Positions 1-8,631 of a stretch of 64,000 nt of DNA are shown in pieces (the first letter of the stretch is position 1; each line of letters starts with the position of its first letter). The notes beneath the pieces are model-generated. The model was not told the DNA's origin. It worked only from the letters and a program-made list of their open reading frames with translations, and ran no database searches. Made by a program: the position numbers and the translations under genes. The stretch comes from Myxococcales bacterium (GTDB lineage Bacteria > Myxococcota_A > Polyangia > Polyangiales > Polyangiaceae), in NCBI GenBank assembly GCA_043747615.1, contig JAYTOU010000080.1:8913-72912 (forward strand), in the 5' to 3' direction.

Positions 1-11
1 GAAGCCGCTGG

Positions 12-701
12 TCAGGGGAGCGTGAGCTGCAACGCGGCCACGGCGCTCGCCGCTGCGATCGGGATCGTGAAGTTGTCGTCGAGGCGCGTCGACCAGAGCT
101 CCGCGAGCGCGCCCACCGTCGCACCCCCGAAGGCGAGGATTACGATCGAGGACACCGGAAGCACCGAAGTGAGCGAGAGCCAACCAAACGCGGCGAGCGC
201 GCCGATCACCAGGAAGGTGAGCGTCCCTTCGAGCGAGCGCTTCGCGCGGAGCGGAATGCGCCCGAACCTTCGACCGATGAAGCCCGCAGCGGGATCCGCC
301 AAGGCCAAGATGAGAACGCCGAGCTCCGCCGCCTGCGAGGTAGCAAAGACCGCGAGGATGAGGAGCGCAGTCACGTACCAGGTCGACGAGTTCACGCGGT
401 GACGCTCCTCGGCGTGCGCAACAGGCCCGAACAAACGCATCATGCGGTCGTTGGCCGTGACGCTGAAGCGCCTCGCCGTTTCGATCGACCACGCCGCGAT
501 GACGAACGCCGCAGCCACGGCGATGAGCCAGGGGCGGCTAGGTATGAGCCGGATCATGGCGATAGAGACGGCGCCCGACGCCACGTGAAAGATGCTCCGC
601 ACGTAGTTGCCGGGCCGCGTAGCCACCGGCTGCGTAAGCCTCGACAGGGCCGAAACGTCGGCAAAAGGCAGCGCGGTCGAGTCGTCGGCAGGCTGGGTCA
701 C
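12..701 (-). CDS. CTP-dependent polyprenol/diacylglycerol kinase family membrane protein (SEC59/DGK1/VTE5-like)
   Basis: Multi-pass hydrophobic protein with DPAAGFIGRRFG, KRSLEGT and DDNFTIP motifs. Confidence 0.8.
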   Translation of the reverse strand: MTQPADDSTALPFADVSALSRLTQPVATRPGNYVRSIFHVASGAVSIAMIRLIPSRPWLIAVAAAFVIAAWSIETARRFSVTANDRMMRLFGPVAHAEERHRVNSSTWYVTALLILAVFATSQAAELGVLILALADPAAGFIGRRFGRIPLRAKRSLEGTLTFLVIGALAAFGWLSLTSVLPVSSIVILAFGGATVGALAELWSTRLDDNFTIPIAAASAVAALQLTLP

Positions 702-775
702 GTATGAGAATGTAGCCGTCCCCGGTCGGCCGATTATCAGGCGTTCGTCATTTCCAGACCAGCTAAGGTAGCCCC

Positions 776-2017
776 ATGACGTCCCGACCTTACGACCTCG
801 TGCTTTTTGGTGCGACCGGGTTCACCGGCAAGCTCGTCGCCGAATACCTGGCCGCCCACGCACCCGCAGACCTTCGCTGGGCGCTCGCGGGGCGAAGTCT
901 CTCCAAGCTCGAATCCGTGCGGACCGATCTTGCGCGCATCTCGCCCTCCGCAGCGTCTCTTCCTCTCGTGCTCGGCGACAGTCAGGACGAAGCATCGATG
1001 GAGGCGCTTGCGAAGGCGGCGCGCGTGGTGTGCACGACGGTCGGGCCGTACATGAAATACGGGCGCGCGCTCGTCGCCGCGTGCGCAACGAACGGCACGC
1101 ACTACTGCGATCTCACCGGTGAGGTCCCGTTCATGCGCGACACCATCGATCGCCACGACGCGCGCGCGAAGGAGACTGGAGCGCGAATCGTCCACACTTG
1201 CGGCTTCGATTCGATCCCGTCGGATCTCGGGGTGCGGATGATCCACGAGCACGCGCGCAGCCTCGGAAAGAAGCTGGCGTGGGTGCGTTTCTTTGCGGGC
1301 GAAAGCAGCGGCGGGGTGAGCGGCGGAACGGTTGCCTCGATGCTGGAGCTCCTTGAGCTCGCCAAGAAAGATCCGCAGATGCGCCGCGTTCTAGGCAACC
1401 CGTACGGTCTCGATCCGGTGCCGGCGCGCGGCCTCGATGGCCCCGATCAGATCGGCGTGCGCTTCGATGCGGAAATGGGAATGTGGACCGGTCCGTTCGT
1501 GATGGCCGCCGTCAACACCCGCGTGGTGCGTCGGTCGAACGCGCTCCTAGGGCACGCCTACGGTCCGTCGTTTCGCTATTCCGAAGTGATGACCTTCGGC
1601 AAAGGACCTAAAGGTTTCTTCGCCGCGTCGGCGGTGAGCGCGGGGCTCGCTGCGTTCATCGGTGCCGCGTCTCTCGCGCCGACCCGTCGCCTCCTCGAGC
1701 GCACGTTGCTTCCCGCTCCGGGGGAAGGCCCATCAAAGGAGAAGCGCGATCATGGATTCTTCGTGGTGCGTTTCCTTGCGGAGACGGAGGCGGACAACGG
1801 CCCCCCGCTGCGCATCTCGGCGCGCGTCGAAGGCAAGAGCGATCCCGGCTACGGCGAGACGGCGAAGATGCTCTCGCAGGCAGCGATGTGCCTCGCGCTC
1901 GACGGTGATCGCATTGCACCCGGTGGCGGCGTTCTCACGCCCGCCTCGAGCATGGGCATGACCCTGGTCGAGCGGCTGCGCGCGGCCGACATGGTGTTCG
2001 ACGTCGCCACTGTCTAA
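776..2017 (+). CDS. Saccharopine dehydrogenase-like oxidoreductase (trans-acting enoyl reductase family)
   Basis: N-terminal GATGFTG Rossmann motif, VGPY, HYCDLTGE, CGFDSIPSDLG, DPGYGETAKML. Confidence 0.9.
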   Translation: MTSRPYDLVLFGATGFTGKLVAEYLAAHAPADLRWALAGRSLSKLESVRTDLARISPSAASLPLVLGDSQDEASMEALAKAARVVCTTVGPYMKYGRALVAACATNGTHYCDLTGEVPFMRDTIDRHDARAKETGARIVHTCGFDSIPSDLGVRMIHEHARSLGKKLAWVRFFAGESSGGVSGGTVASMLELLELAKKDPQMRRVLGNPYGLDPVPARGLDGPDQIGVRFDAEMGMWTGPFVMAAVNTRVVRRSNALLGHAYGPSFRYSEVMTFGKGPKGFFAASAVSAGLAAFIGAASLAPTRRLLERTLLPAPGEGPSKEKRDHGFFVVRFLAETEADNGPPLRISARVEGKSDPGYGETAKMLSQAAMCLALDGDRIAPGGGVLTPASSMGMTLVERLRAADMVFDVATV

Positions 2018-2018
2018 A

Positions 2019-2354
2019 TTGGACGAGATAAATACCCCCACGCGGGTGACGCTCGTACGCACGACGCCCGCTCAAACGGAGGGATTTTTCGGCGCGGTTC
2101 GTGCCGGCGGCCGGCCTGAGCACTCCGGAATACCTGACAATCACGTTTGCGGCGCTCGATTTGCGGCGCTCGAGACGAAGACCACCGCGGCCCGCGCGCC
2201 CGTGCTTCCGATTGCGGCTAAGCCGGTAGCAAGCCTGTCGTCAAGGCGGCTTCTGCTCCGGCACCAGCACCTGCGGCCGCTGCGAAGAAGAACGCGCTCG
2301 TCCGCGCGCAGCTCGAGTAGACCTGCAAAAAGCTGCTAGAGATGCTCGGAGAGC
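2019..2354 (+). pseudogene. Possible degraded gene relic (Ala/Pro/Lys-rich)
   Basis: Protein-like text switches frame (..AAKPVA / KPVVKAASAPAPAPAAAAKKNALVRAQLE*TCKKLLEML), TAG at 2318-2320, and a 14-bp tandem duplication at 2146-2173. Confidence 0.35.
2146..2173. repeat. Perfect 14-bp tandem duplication TTTGCGGCGCTCGA x2
   Basis: Read directly at 2146-2159 and 2160-2173. Confidence 0.9.
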
Positions 2355-2876
2355 ATGAAGCCCGCGGACTGCACACCAACACTCGATCCGGTCGTTCCGC
2401 TTCATGCGGCGGTGGACCGCGACGCCGGGCGTCTTCACTTGCTCCATGCCGAGCGGCTCCATTGCCGGCGAGGTTGCAGCGCGTGCTGCGTCGATGACCT
2501 CACGGTGTTCGCGGTGGAGGCCGCGCCCATTCGTCGAAACCACGCGGAGCTCTTGACCCACGGCGTTGCGCACGCGGAGGGTGCCTGCGCGTTCCTCGAC
2601 GATGAGGGCGCGTGCCGCATTTACGCGGAGCGACCTTACGTTTGCCGGACGCAGGGGCTACCGCTTCGATGGGTCGAGGAGCGCGACGGCGGCGATGTAG
2701 AGCTCCGGGACATCTGTCCGCTCAACGAGGCAGGCCAGCCGATCGAGCACCTGAGCGAGGACGCGTGCTGGACGATCGGTCCATTCGAGGAACGGCTCGG
2801 TCGCCTCGTGAGCGGCCCGCCTACGCGCGTTCGACTGCGCGATCTTTTCGTTCACCACGGTCGAAGGGTGCCATGA
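2355..2876 (+). CDS. YkgJ family cysteine-cluster (Zn/Fe-S) protein
   Basis: CRRGCSACC and CAFLD..GACRIYAERPYVCR motifs. Confidence 0.85.
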   Translation: MKPADCTPTLDPVVPLHAAVDRDAGRLHLLHAERLHCRRGCSACCVDDLTVFAVEAAPIRRNHAELLTHGVAHAEGACAFLDDEGACRIYAERPYVCRTQGLPLRWVEERDGGDVELRDICPLNEAGQPIEHLSEDACWTIGPFEERLGRLVSGPPTRVRLRDLFVHHGRRVP

Positions 2877-3520
2877 AAAAAGAGCTGATTCTCCTGGCCC
2901 TCGTGGCCTGTACCAAGGGTGCGGCGCCGGCGGCGAACGAGGCTGTCGATGCGGCTCCCCCGTTGCAGCTCCCGCAAGCGGCACCGGTACTTTCCGTTCC
3001 TTCCGTTGCCTCTCCATCGCCTTCCGCTCCTTCGACTGCGCTGGCACTTCCTGCTGCGTCGGTTCGTGCCGTTCCTTCCGGGCGTTCCGTTTCTCCGGTG
3101 GCTCCTGATCCCTTGGGCAAGCCTATGCTCCAGCCGGCGTCTGCGAAGGTGACGGGAAACCACTTCGCGCTCGACGTGGCGTCGCTCGGGTGCGTTGTCG
3201 GACGCGAGTGCGCGGTGACGGTGCGGCTCGAGGCGACCGGCGGCTACCACATCAACAAAGAGTATCCATACAAGCTCGTCCTCAGCCCGACGCCCAACGT
3301 GGAGTTTCTCGGGCGCGATCCAGGCAACGCTGCCACGTTCTCCAAGGCCGCCGGCGATTTCGTCGTCGCGGAAGAGCACGTGGCAACGATCACGGCGCGC
3401 CTCAAACCTTCGGCGAAGGGCATGGCGAGCATCACCGGGATCTACAAGATGAGCGTCTGCTCGGAAGCAAACTGCCAGGTCGAGCAGACGAAGATCGCGC
3501 TCGACCTGGCCATCCAATGA
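2873..3520 (+). CDS. Lipoprotein with Pro-rich linker and DsbD-N-like C-terminal domain
   Basis: ATG 2873 overlaps the upstream TGA (ATGA); LLALVAC lipobox; GGYHINKEYP and terminal SVCSEANC Cys pair. Confidence 0.6.
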   Translation: MKKELILLALVACTKGAAPAANEAVDAAPPLQLPQAAPVLSVPSVASPSPSAPSTALALPAASVRAVPSGRSVSPVAPDPLGKPMLQPASAKVTGNHFALDVASLGCVVGRECAVTVRLEATGGYHINKEYPYKLVLSPTPNVEFLGRDPGNAATFSKAAGDFVVAEEHVATITARLKPSAKGMASITGIYKMSVCSEANCQVEQTKIALDLAIQ

Positions 3521-3619
3521 GCTCGGAACGGCTGCAGCGCATCGCGCATCGGACTATGCTGTCTGGTGCGCGGTCGCGGATCACCGTGCGTGCTTCTTCA
3601 TGCCTTAGGAGGAAATAAC

Positions 3620-4495
3620 ATGCGCTCAATTTCTTGGATCGTGGTCACCGCAATGTCGGCGGCGGTGGCGCTCGTCGCGTCTCCTCGCGAAGCCCATGCC
3701 GGGCTCAGCGCCTGCAACAACATCGAAGTGAGCGCCAGCGCGAACTGCAAAGTGGAAACCATGGGCGGGTGCACCGTGCAGTGCACGCCCGTCAGCTTTC
3801 AGGCCGCCTGTTCCGGCAAGCTCGAGACCACGTGCGACGGAATGTGCAACGCCACGGCCGACGTTTCGTGTCAGGGCACGTGCAAGTCGGACTGCACCGG
3901 CAAATGCACCGCCGATCCGGGAAGTGTCGACTGCTCGGCGAGCTGTAAGGCGACCTGCGAAGCCGACTGTAGCGGGAAGTGCTCGGCCAGCGCGAACAAG
4001 GCCGAGTGTCAGGCGTCGTGCACGTCCTGCTGCGGAGGCCACTGCGACGCGAAGTGCACCGGCACTCCCCCCTCGGCGGCGTGCGACGCAAAGTGCGAAG
4101 CGAGCTGCCAGGGCTCGTGCAGCGGCAAGGCGAACATCGACTGTCAGATCACTTGCCAATCCAAGGGCTACGTCGATTGCGAAGCGAACCTCACCGGCGG
4201 CTGCAAGGCCAAGTGCAGCGAGCCTTCGGGCGCGCTCTTCTGCGACGGCCAGTACGTCGACACCGGCAACAACCTCCAAAACTGCATCGACGCGTTGAAC
4301 GCCATTCTGAAAATCAAGGTTGCTGCGAGCGGCGAAGCAAGCTGCGACGGCGGCAACTGCTCGGCGAGCGGCAAGGCGTCCGCGACGTGCGCCGCTTCAC
4401 CTGGCGAAGCACCCCTGTCGGGCGGATTCATCTTCGCAGGCCTTGGCCTCGGGTTCATTGCGGCGCGCAGGTCGAAACGCCGGCACCAACGATGA
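3620..4495 (+). CDS. Secreted Cys-rich (CxxxC repeat) protein with MYXO-CTERM-like C-terminal anchor
   Basis: AGGAGG RBS upstream; signal peptide ending AHA; about 36 Cys; tail C-x(10)-hydrophobic helix-RRSKRR. Confidence 0.8.
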   Translation: MRSISWIVVTAMSAAVALVASPREAHAGLSACNNIEVSASANCKVETMGGCTVQCTPVSFQAACSGKLETTCDGMCNATADVSCQGTCKSDCTGKCTADPGSVDCSASCKATCEADCSGKCSASANKAECQASCTSCCGGHCDAKCTGTPPSAACDAKCEASCQGSCSGKANIDCQITCQSKGYVDCEANLTGGCKAKCSEPSGALFCDGQYVDTGNNLQNCIDALNAILKIKVAASGEASCDGGNCSASGKASATCAASPGEAPLSGGFIFAGLGLGFIAARRSKRRHQR

Positions 4496-5435
4496 GCGCA
4501 GGGTAAGAGCCAACGACGGTCGTCGATTTGTCGGCGGGGCGGAACCGGGTGACGACGGACCCGGCCGCGCCTCCTTGCCCAGTGAAGAGGTAGAAATCGC
4601 CGCCCCAGAAGGCGAACGCGTAACCGTTCCCTTGGTCGACGTCGAGCTGATCGGCAGCGATGACTTGGGCGGTGTTTTTTTCGATCTCGCCGACGAACGA
4701 GACGGTCTGACCCGTAGTCTTTGTGTAGTATGCAAACAGTCGCCCGTCGCCCGTGCCGGTGAGCTCCGCGCGGTTGACCGTCGGGATGAACGGGCCAACG
4801 CTCGATAGATTGAAGCTCGTCGTGTCGATCGAGCCGAGCCGCGAGTTGCCACCGCTTGCGTTGTCGGCGGCGACGAACAGCGTCTCCGAGGGGCCGGCCA
4901 TGTTGGTGGAGAAGCCCATTCCGAATGTGCTGAAGCCAAGCTGATTCACGCGGAAGGGCGTGGCCACGCAGGCCGCCGTGGCCGTGCTCACGCGGTAGAT
5001 GTGAAGATCGTTGAAGAGGATATAGGCGAGGCCCTTGCGATCGACGGCCATCGAGAACGGCGTGGCGTTGCCCATGGCCGGCGGCGGAGGCGGCTCTGTC
5101 GGGCACGCGATGACCCCGATTCGCTTGAAGGTGCCTTGCGGCGGATAGAACGCGAGGAGCTCGTTGGTGGTTTCTGTGATCAGGTAAATCTGGGTGTCGC
5201 CTGCATCCAGGCAGTCCATCCGGTTGGCGTCGCGTCGCATGGCGTCGAGCGGCGGGAGCGCGTCTTCGTCCTCGGCGTCGGCCTCATTCGGTTCGCGAAC
5301 GTCGGGCTTCTTGCCCGCGTCGTCGGCGGCGGGCTCGAGTGCTTCGTCGTACAAGAGGCCCGTGCGCGAGCCACAAGCGATGAATCCCGCGGTCCCGAGG
5401 GCAATCAACACGACGGCAGCTTGGCGGGAACGCAT
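4455..5435 (-). CDS. Lipoprotein, probable beta-propeller, myxobacterial hypothetical family
   Basis: GFIAC lipobox, acidic linker, beta-rich body, C-terminal IVGAGVSTCAP. Confidence 0.7.
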   Translation of the reverse strand: MRSRQAAVVLIALGTAGFIACGSRTGLLYDEALEPAADDAGKKPDVREPNEADAEDEDALPPLDAMRRDANRMDCLDAGDTQIYLITETTNELLAFYPPQGTFKRIGVIACPTEPPPPPAMGNATPFSMAVDRKGLAYILFNDLHIYRVSTATAACVATPFRVNQLGFSTFGMGFSTNMAGPSETLFVAADNASGGNSRLGSIDTTSFNLSSVGPFIPTVNRAELTGTGDGRLFAYYTKTTGQTVSFVGEIEKNTAQVIAADQLDVDQGNGYAFAFWGGDFYLFTGQGGAAGSVVTRFRPADKSTTVVGSYPALIVGAGVSTCAPQ

Positions 5436-5600
5436 CGGCGCGCGGAGCATAGCCGATCTGCTCGGTTCGCGCGTCATGGCGAAAGTCACCCTGGTCGCGC
5501 TCCCCTGTTCGCCGTGGACGCAAAAGGCCACGCATTCAAGCGAGGACGATCTCGTTGCCTGGCGCGACCGGATCTTCGAAAAACACCGTACGCTGCGCGC

Positions 5601-7280
5601 GTGACCACCATTCGCGCTCGTAGCTTCGCCTTCCTCGGCTTCCTCGCAGTCGCCGCTCCCGGGTGCGGCGGCTCACCGCCGGTATCCATCGCTCCGGCAC
5701 CTTCGGCACCGCCCGCGCTCGTCCACGTGCAGGTCCTTGCCTTCAACGATTTTCACGGGAACCTCGAGGCCCCAATCGGAAGCAACGGCAAGGTGGGCAC
5801 GCTTCAAGTAGGCGGCGCAGCGTACCTCGCGGCGCATGTTCGGCAGCTGCGAGCCGAGAACCCGAGCACGGTCGTCGTCTCTGCCGGCGATCTCACGGGG
5901 GCGAGCCCGCTGCTCTCGAGCCTGCTCGGCGACGAGCCGGCGGTGGTCGTCATGAACCGCATCGGTCTGGATTTCGAAGGGTTGGGAAATCACGATTTCG
6001 ATCACGGCCTTCCGGCGCTCGTTCATCTGCAGAAAGCAGCGACGTTCCAGTACCTCGCCGCCAACGTCGATGTGACGGCCACCCACAAGTCCGTCTTCCC
6101 GCCCTACGCGATCCGGGAATTTTCTGGAGCGCGGGTCGCGTTCATAGGCGTCACACTCGAAGGCACGCCAGACGTGACGGTGCTCAGCGCGGTGGAAGGG
6201 CTGTCGTTCTCGAACGAAGCGGCAACCGTGAATGCGCTCGTTCCCGAGCTTCGGAAGCAGCGGGTCTCGGCGATCGTGCTCTTGATTCATCAGGGAGCCA
6301 CGCAAGACAAGGGTGGTACGTACGACTCCTGTGACGGGCTTTCCGGCGACTTGCTGCCGATCCTCGAGCGACTGAGCCCAGCCGTCGACGTGGTCGTGAG
6401 CGGCCACACGCACCAGGCCTACAACTGCACGATCGGCGGTCGACTGGTGACGAGCGCCATGAGCTATGGGCGTCTCCTCACGAAGATCGATCTCACTATC
6501 GATCCGAGCTTGCATCGAGTGACGGAGAAGCACGCCAGGAACGTTCCGGTGACCCACGATCTCTTGCCCGACCCCGAGGTGGTGCGCCTGGTCGCGACCT
6601 ACAAGGAGAAGGCGGCTCCGATCGCTGGACGGATCGTGGGCTACCTCAAGACCGACGCGGTCAGCAGCGCGAGGCTCACCAAGAGTCCTTCATGCGAGAC
6701 CTCGCTCGGCGATCTCATCGCAGACGCGCAGCTCGCCGCCACGAGCGAACCCTCACGCGGCGGAGCCGAGATCGCCCTCATGAACCCCGGCGGCATTCGC
6801 GGCGACCTCCTCGCGAACGGAGCTGGAAAACAAGACTCCGTCGTCACCTTTGCGGAGGCCTTCGAGGTGCAGCCATTCAACAATCAGCTGGTGACGATGA
6901 CGTTACGCGGGGATCAGATTCGCGCGGTTCTCGAGGCCCAGTTCGTCCGCACGGAGCCGCGGATTTTGCAAATCTCGAGCGGGTCTAGTTACCGCTACAC
7001 GTACGACCGAGCCGCCAAGAAGGGCAAGCTCGACGCAGCCTCGATCCGCATCCATGGAGCGCCGCTCGATCCTGCGAAGTCGTACCGGGTCACCGTCAAC
7101 TCGTTCCTAGCCGCAGGCGGAGACGGTTTCGCCGTCCTCAAGGAGGGCACCGCGCGCGTCACCGGCGTCGCCGACGTCGAGGCGCTCACCACGTACTTAG
7201 GCAAGACGAGCTCGGCTGCTTCACCCCTCGATCCGGAGCGCGCACTCGGCCGAGTCAGCGGCGACGGCTGCGCGTTGTAG
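5601..7280 (+). CDS. Bifunctional metallophosphatase / 5'-nucleotidase lipoprotein
   Basis: NDFHG, AGD, GNHDFD, SGHTH, NPGGIR, QPF, GGDG motifs; GTG start with APGC lipobox. Confidence 0.92.
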   Translation: MTTIRARSFAFLGFLAVAAPGCGGSPPVSIAPAPSAPPALVHVQVLAFNDFHGNLEAPIGSNGKVGTLQVGGAAYLAAHVRQLRAENPSTVVVSAGDLTGASPLLSSLLGDEPAVVVMNRIGLDFEGLGNHDFDHGLPALVHLQKAATFQYLAANVDVTATHKSVFPPYAIREFSGARVAFIGVTLEGTPDVTVLSAVEGLSFSNEAATVNALVPELRKQRVSAIVLLIHQGATQDKGGTYDSCDGLSGDLLPILERLSPAVDVVVSGHTHQAYNCTIGGRLVTSAMSYGRLLTKIDLTIDPSLHRVTEKHARNVPVTHDLLPDPEVVRLVATYKEKAAPIAGRIVGYLKTDAVSSARLTKSPSCETSLGDLIADAQLAATSEPSRGGAEIALMNPGGIRGDLLANGAGKQDSVVTFAEAFEVQPFNNQLVTMTLRGDQIRAVLEAQFVRTEPRILQISSGSSYRYTYDRAAKKGKLDAASIRIHGAPLDPAKSYRVTVNSFLAAGGDGFAVLKEGTARVTGVADVEALTTYLGKTSSAASPLDPERALGRVSGDGCAL

Positions 7281-7349
7281 CGAGGCGGTACTCCCGCTCT
7301 GGACGACGCGGATATGCGTTGGACGAGCGCTCTGCCGCCTGGTCCGCGC

Positions 7350-8627
7350 TTAGACGTCGCGCGCGCGCAAGGCGAGGCCGGTGGCTACGGAGATCATCTC
7401 GCCGCCCGCGCGGATCTTCTGCGCACCGAAGCGCACGTCGAAGATGCGGCGCACGGCCGGGACGAACGACGTTCCGCCGGTCATGAAGACTTGATCGACG
7501 TCCTTCGCCGCCACTCCCGCGCGCGCGAGTAGACCGTCGACGCACGTGGCCATGGCCGTCGTCTCTTCCTCGATCCACCCTTCGAACTGGGCGCGCGTGA
7601 TCGTTGCCTCGATTTGGAGGGGCGGGTCTACGAACGAGAAGAGCGTCTCGTCCTTTGCGGACAGGTCGAGCTTGGCGCGCTCGACAGCGCGGTACAGGTG
7701 ATAGCCGAGATCGTAGTCGAGGACGTGAAGGAGGGCGCGGATCTTCTGCGGCTCCTTCGATTGATCGGCGATCTCCTCCAGGAGGTCGATGTTCTTCTTC
7801 GTCTTGAGGAACGACAAGTGATGCCAGCGCCGGAGTCGCGCGTAGATCCACACCGGCACGGGAAGCTCGTTGCCGAACATCGACCGGTAGTGGGAGCCGA
7901 GCCCGAGCATTGGAGCGACGACGTTGTGCAGCACCTTCGCATCGAGCGCGTCTCCGGCGAGGCCGACACCGTCGTTGCCGAGGATCTTCCGCGCACCCGA
8001 GGCGCGGCACGAGGGCCCCACCTCGATCAGCGAAAAATCGCTCGTTCCGCCGCCGAAATCGGCGATGAGGACGAGCTCGTCGTGATCGAGCTGACTCTCG
8101 TAGTAGTACGCTGCGGCGACGGGCTCGTACTCGAGAACCACGTCGGTGAACCCCACCGCGCCGAGCGATGTGCGCAGCCGCTCGACGGCCAGAGCCTCGT
8201 GCTCGGGATCCGACGCATTCGCGAAGTGCACCGGGCGGCCGACCACGATGCGCGACCCTAGTGGACCGAGCTGCTCTTCCGCGCGGGCCCGGATGTCCGC
8301 GAGGAGGAGGGTGAGGAGATCGGTGAGAGAGTGCGTGCGCGCAAAGATGCTCGTGGCCTGAAAGCTGCGGTCGGCGAGGTACGACTTCAGCGACTGAATG
8401 AGCCGACCCGTACCTTCGCCCTCGAGGTAGCGATCTATGGCGCGCCCACCGCCAACCGCCTCGAGCCGTCCGTACGCATCGCGCGCATCAGGATGAAAAT
8501 AGAGAATGGATCGGAATGTCTCCGACTCCCCTTTTTTATGGGCGAATCGCGCGAGGTTGACGCGATCACCCTCCGCGACGCCAATAGCGCTATTGGTCGT
8601 TCCGAAGTCGAGCCCGACGCACCTCAC
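7350..8627 (-). CDS. yegD: Hsp70-family protein, YegD-like (no substrate-binding domain)
   Basis: GLDFGTTNS, RLIQSLKS, GRPVHF, EPVAAA, DFGGGTSDF, TGGTS; 425 aa. Confidence 0.85.
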   Translation of the reverse strand: MRCVGLDFGTTNSAIGVAEGDRVNLARFAHKKGESETFRSILYFHPDARDAYGRLEAVGGGRAIDRYLEGEGTGRLIQSLKSYLADRSFQATSIFARTHSLTDLLTLLLADIRARAEEQLGPLGSRIVVGRPVHFANASDPEHEALAVERLRTSLGAVGFTDVVLEYEPVAAAYYYESQLDHDELVLIADFGGGTSDFSLIEVGPSCRASGARKILGNDGVGLAGDALDAKVLHNVVAPMLGLGSHYRSMFGNELPVPVWIYARLRRWHHLSFLKTKKNIDLLEEIADQSKEPQKIRALLHVLDYDLGYHLYRAVERAKLDLSAKDETLFSFVDPPLQIEATITRAQFEGWIEEETTAMATCVDGLLARAGVAAKDVDQVFMTGGTSFVPAVRRIFDVRFGAQKIRAGGEMISVATGLALRARDV

Positions 8628-8631
8628 GCCC

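Noticed and set aside
5001..5600. Long N-terminal extensions in the ORF track (also at 11715, 26874, 32369, 35480, 56820)
   Set aside because: They overlap genes on the other strand or frame; signal peptides, motifs and RBS or -10 signals support later starts
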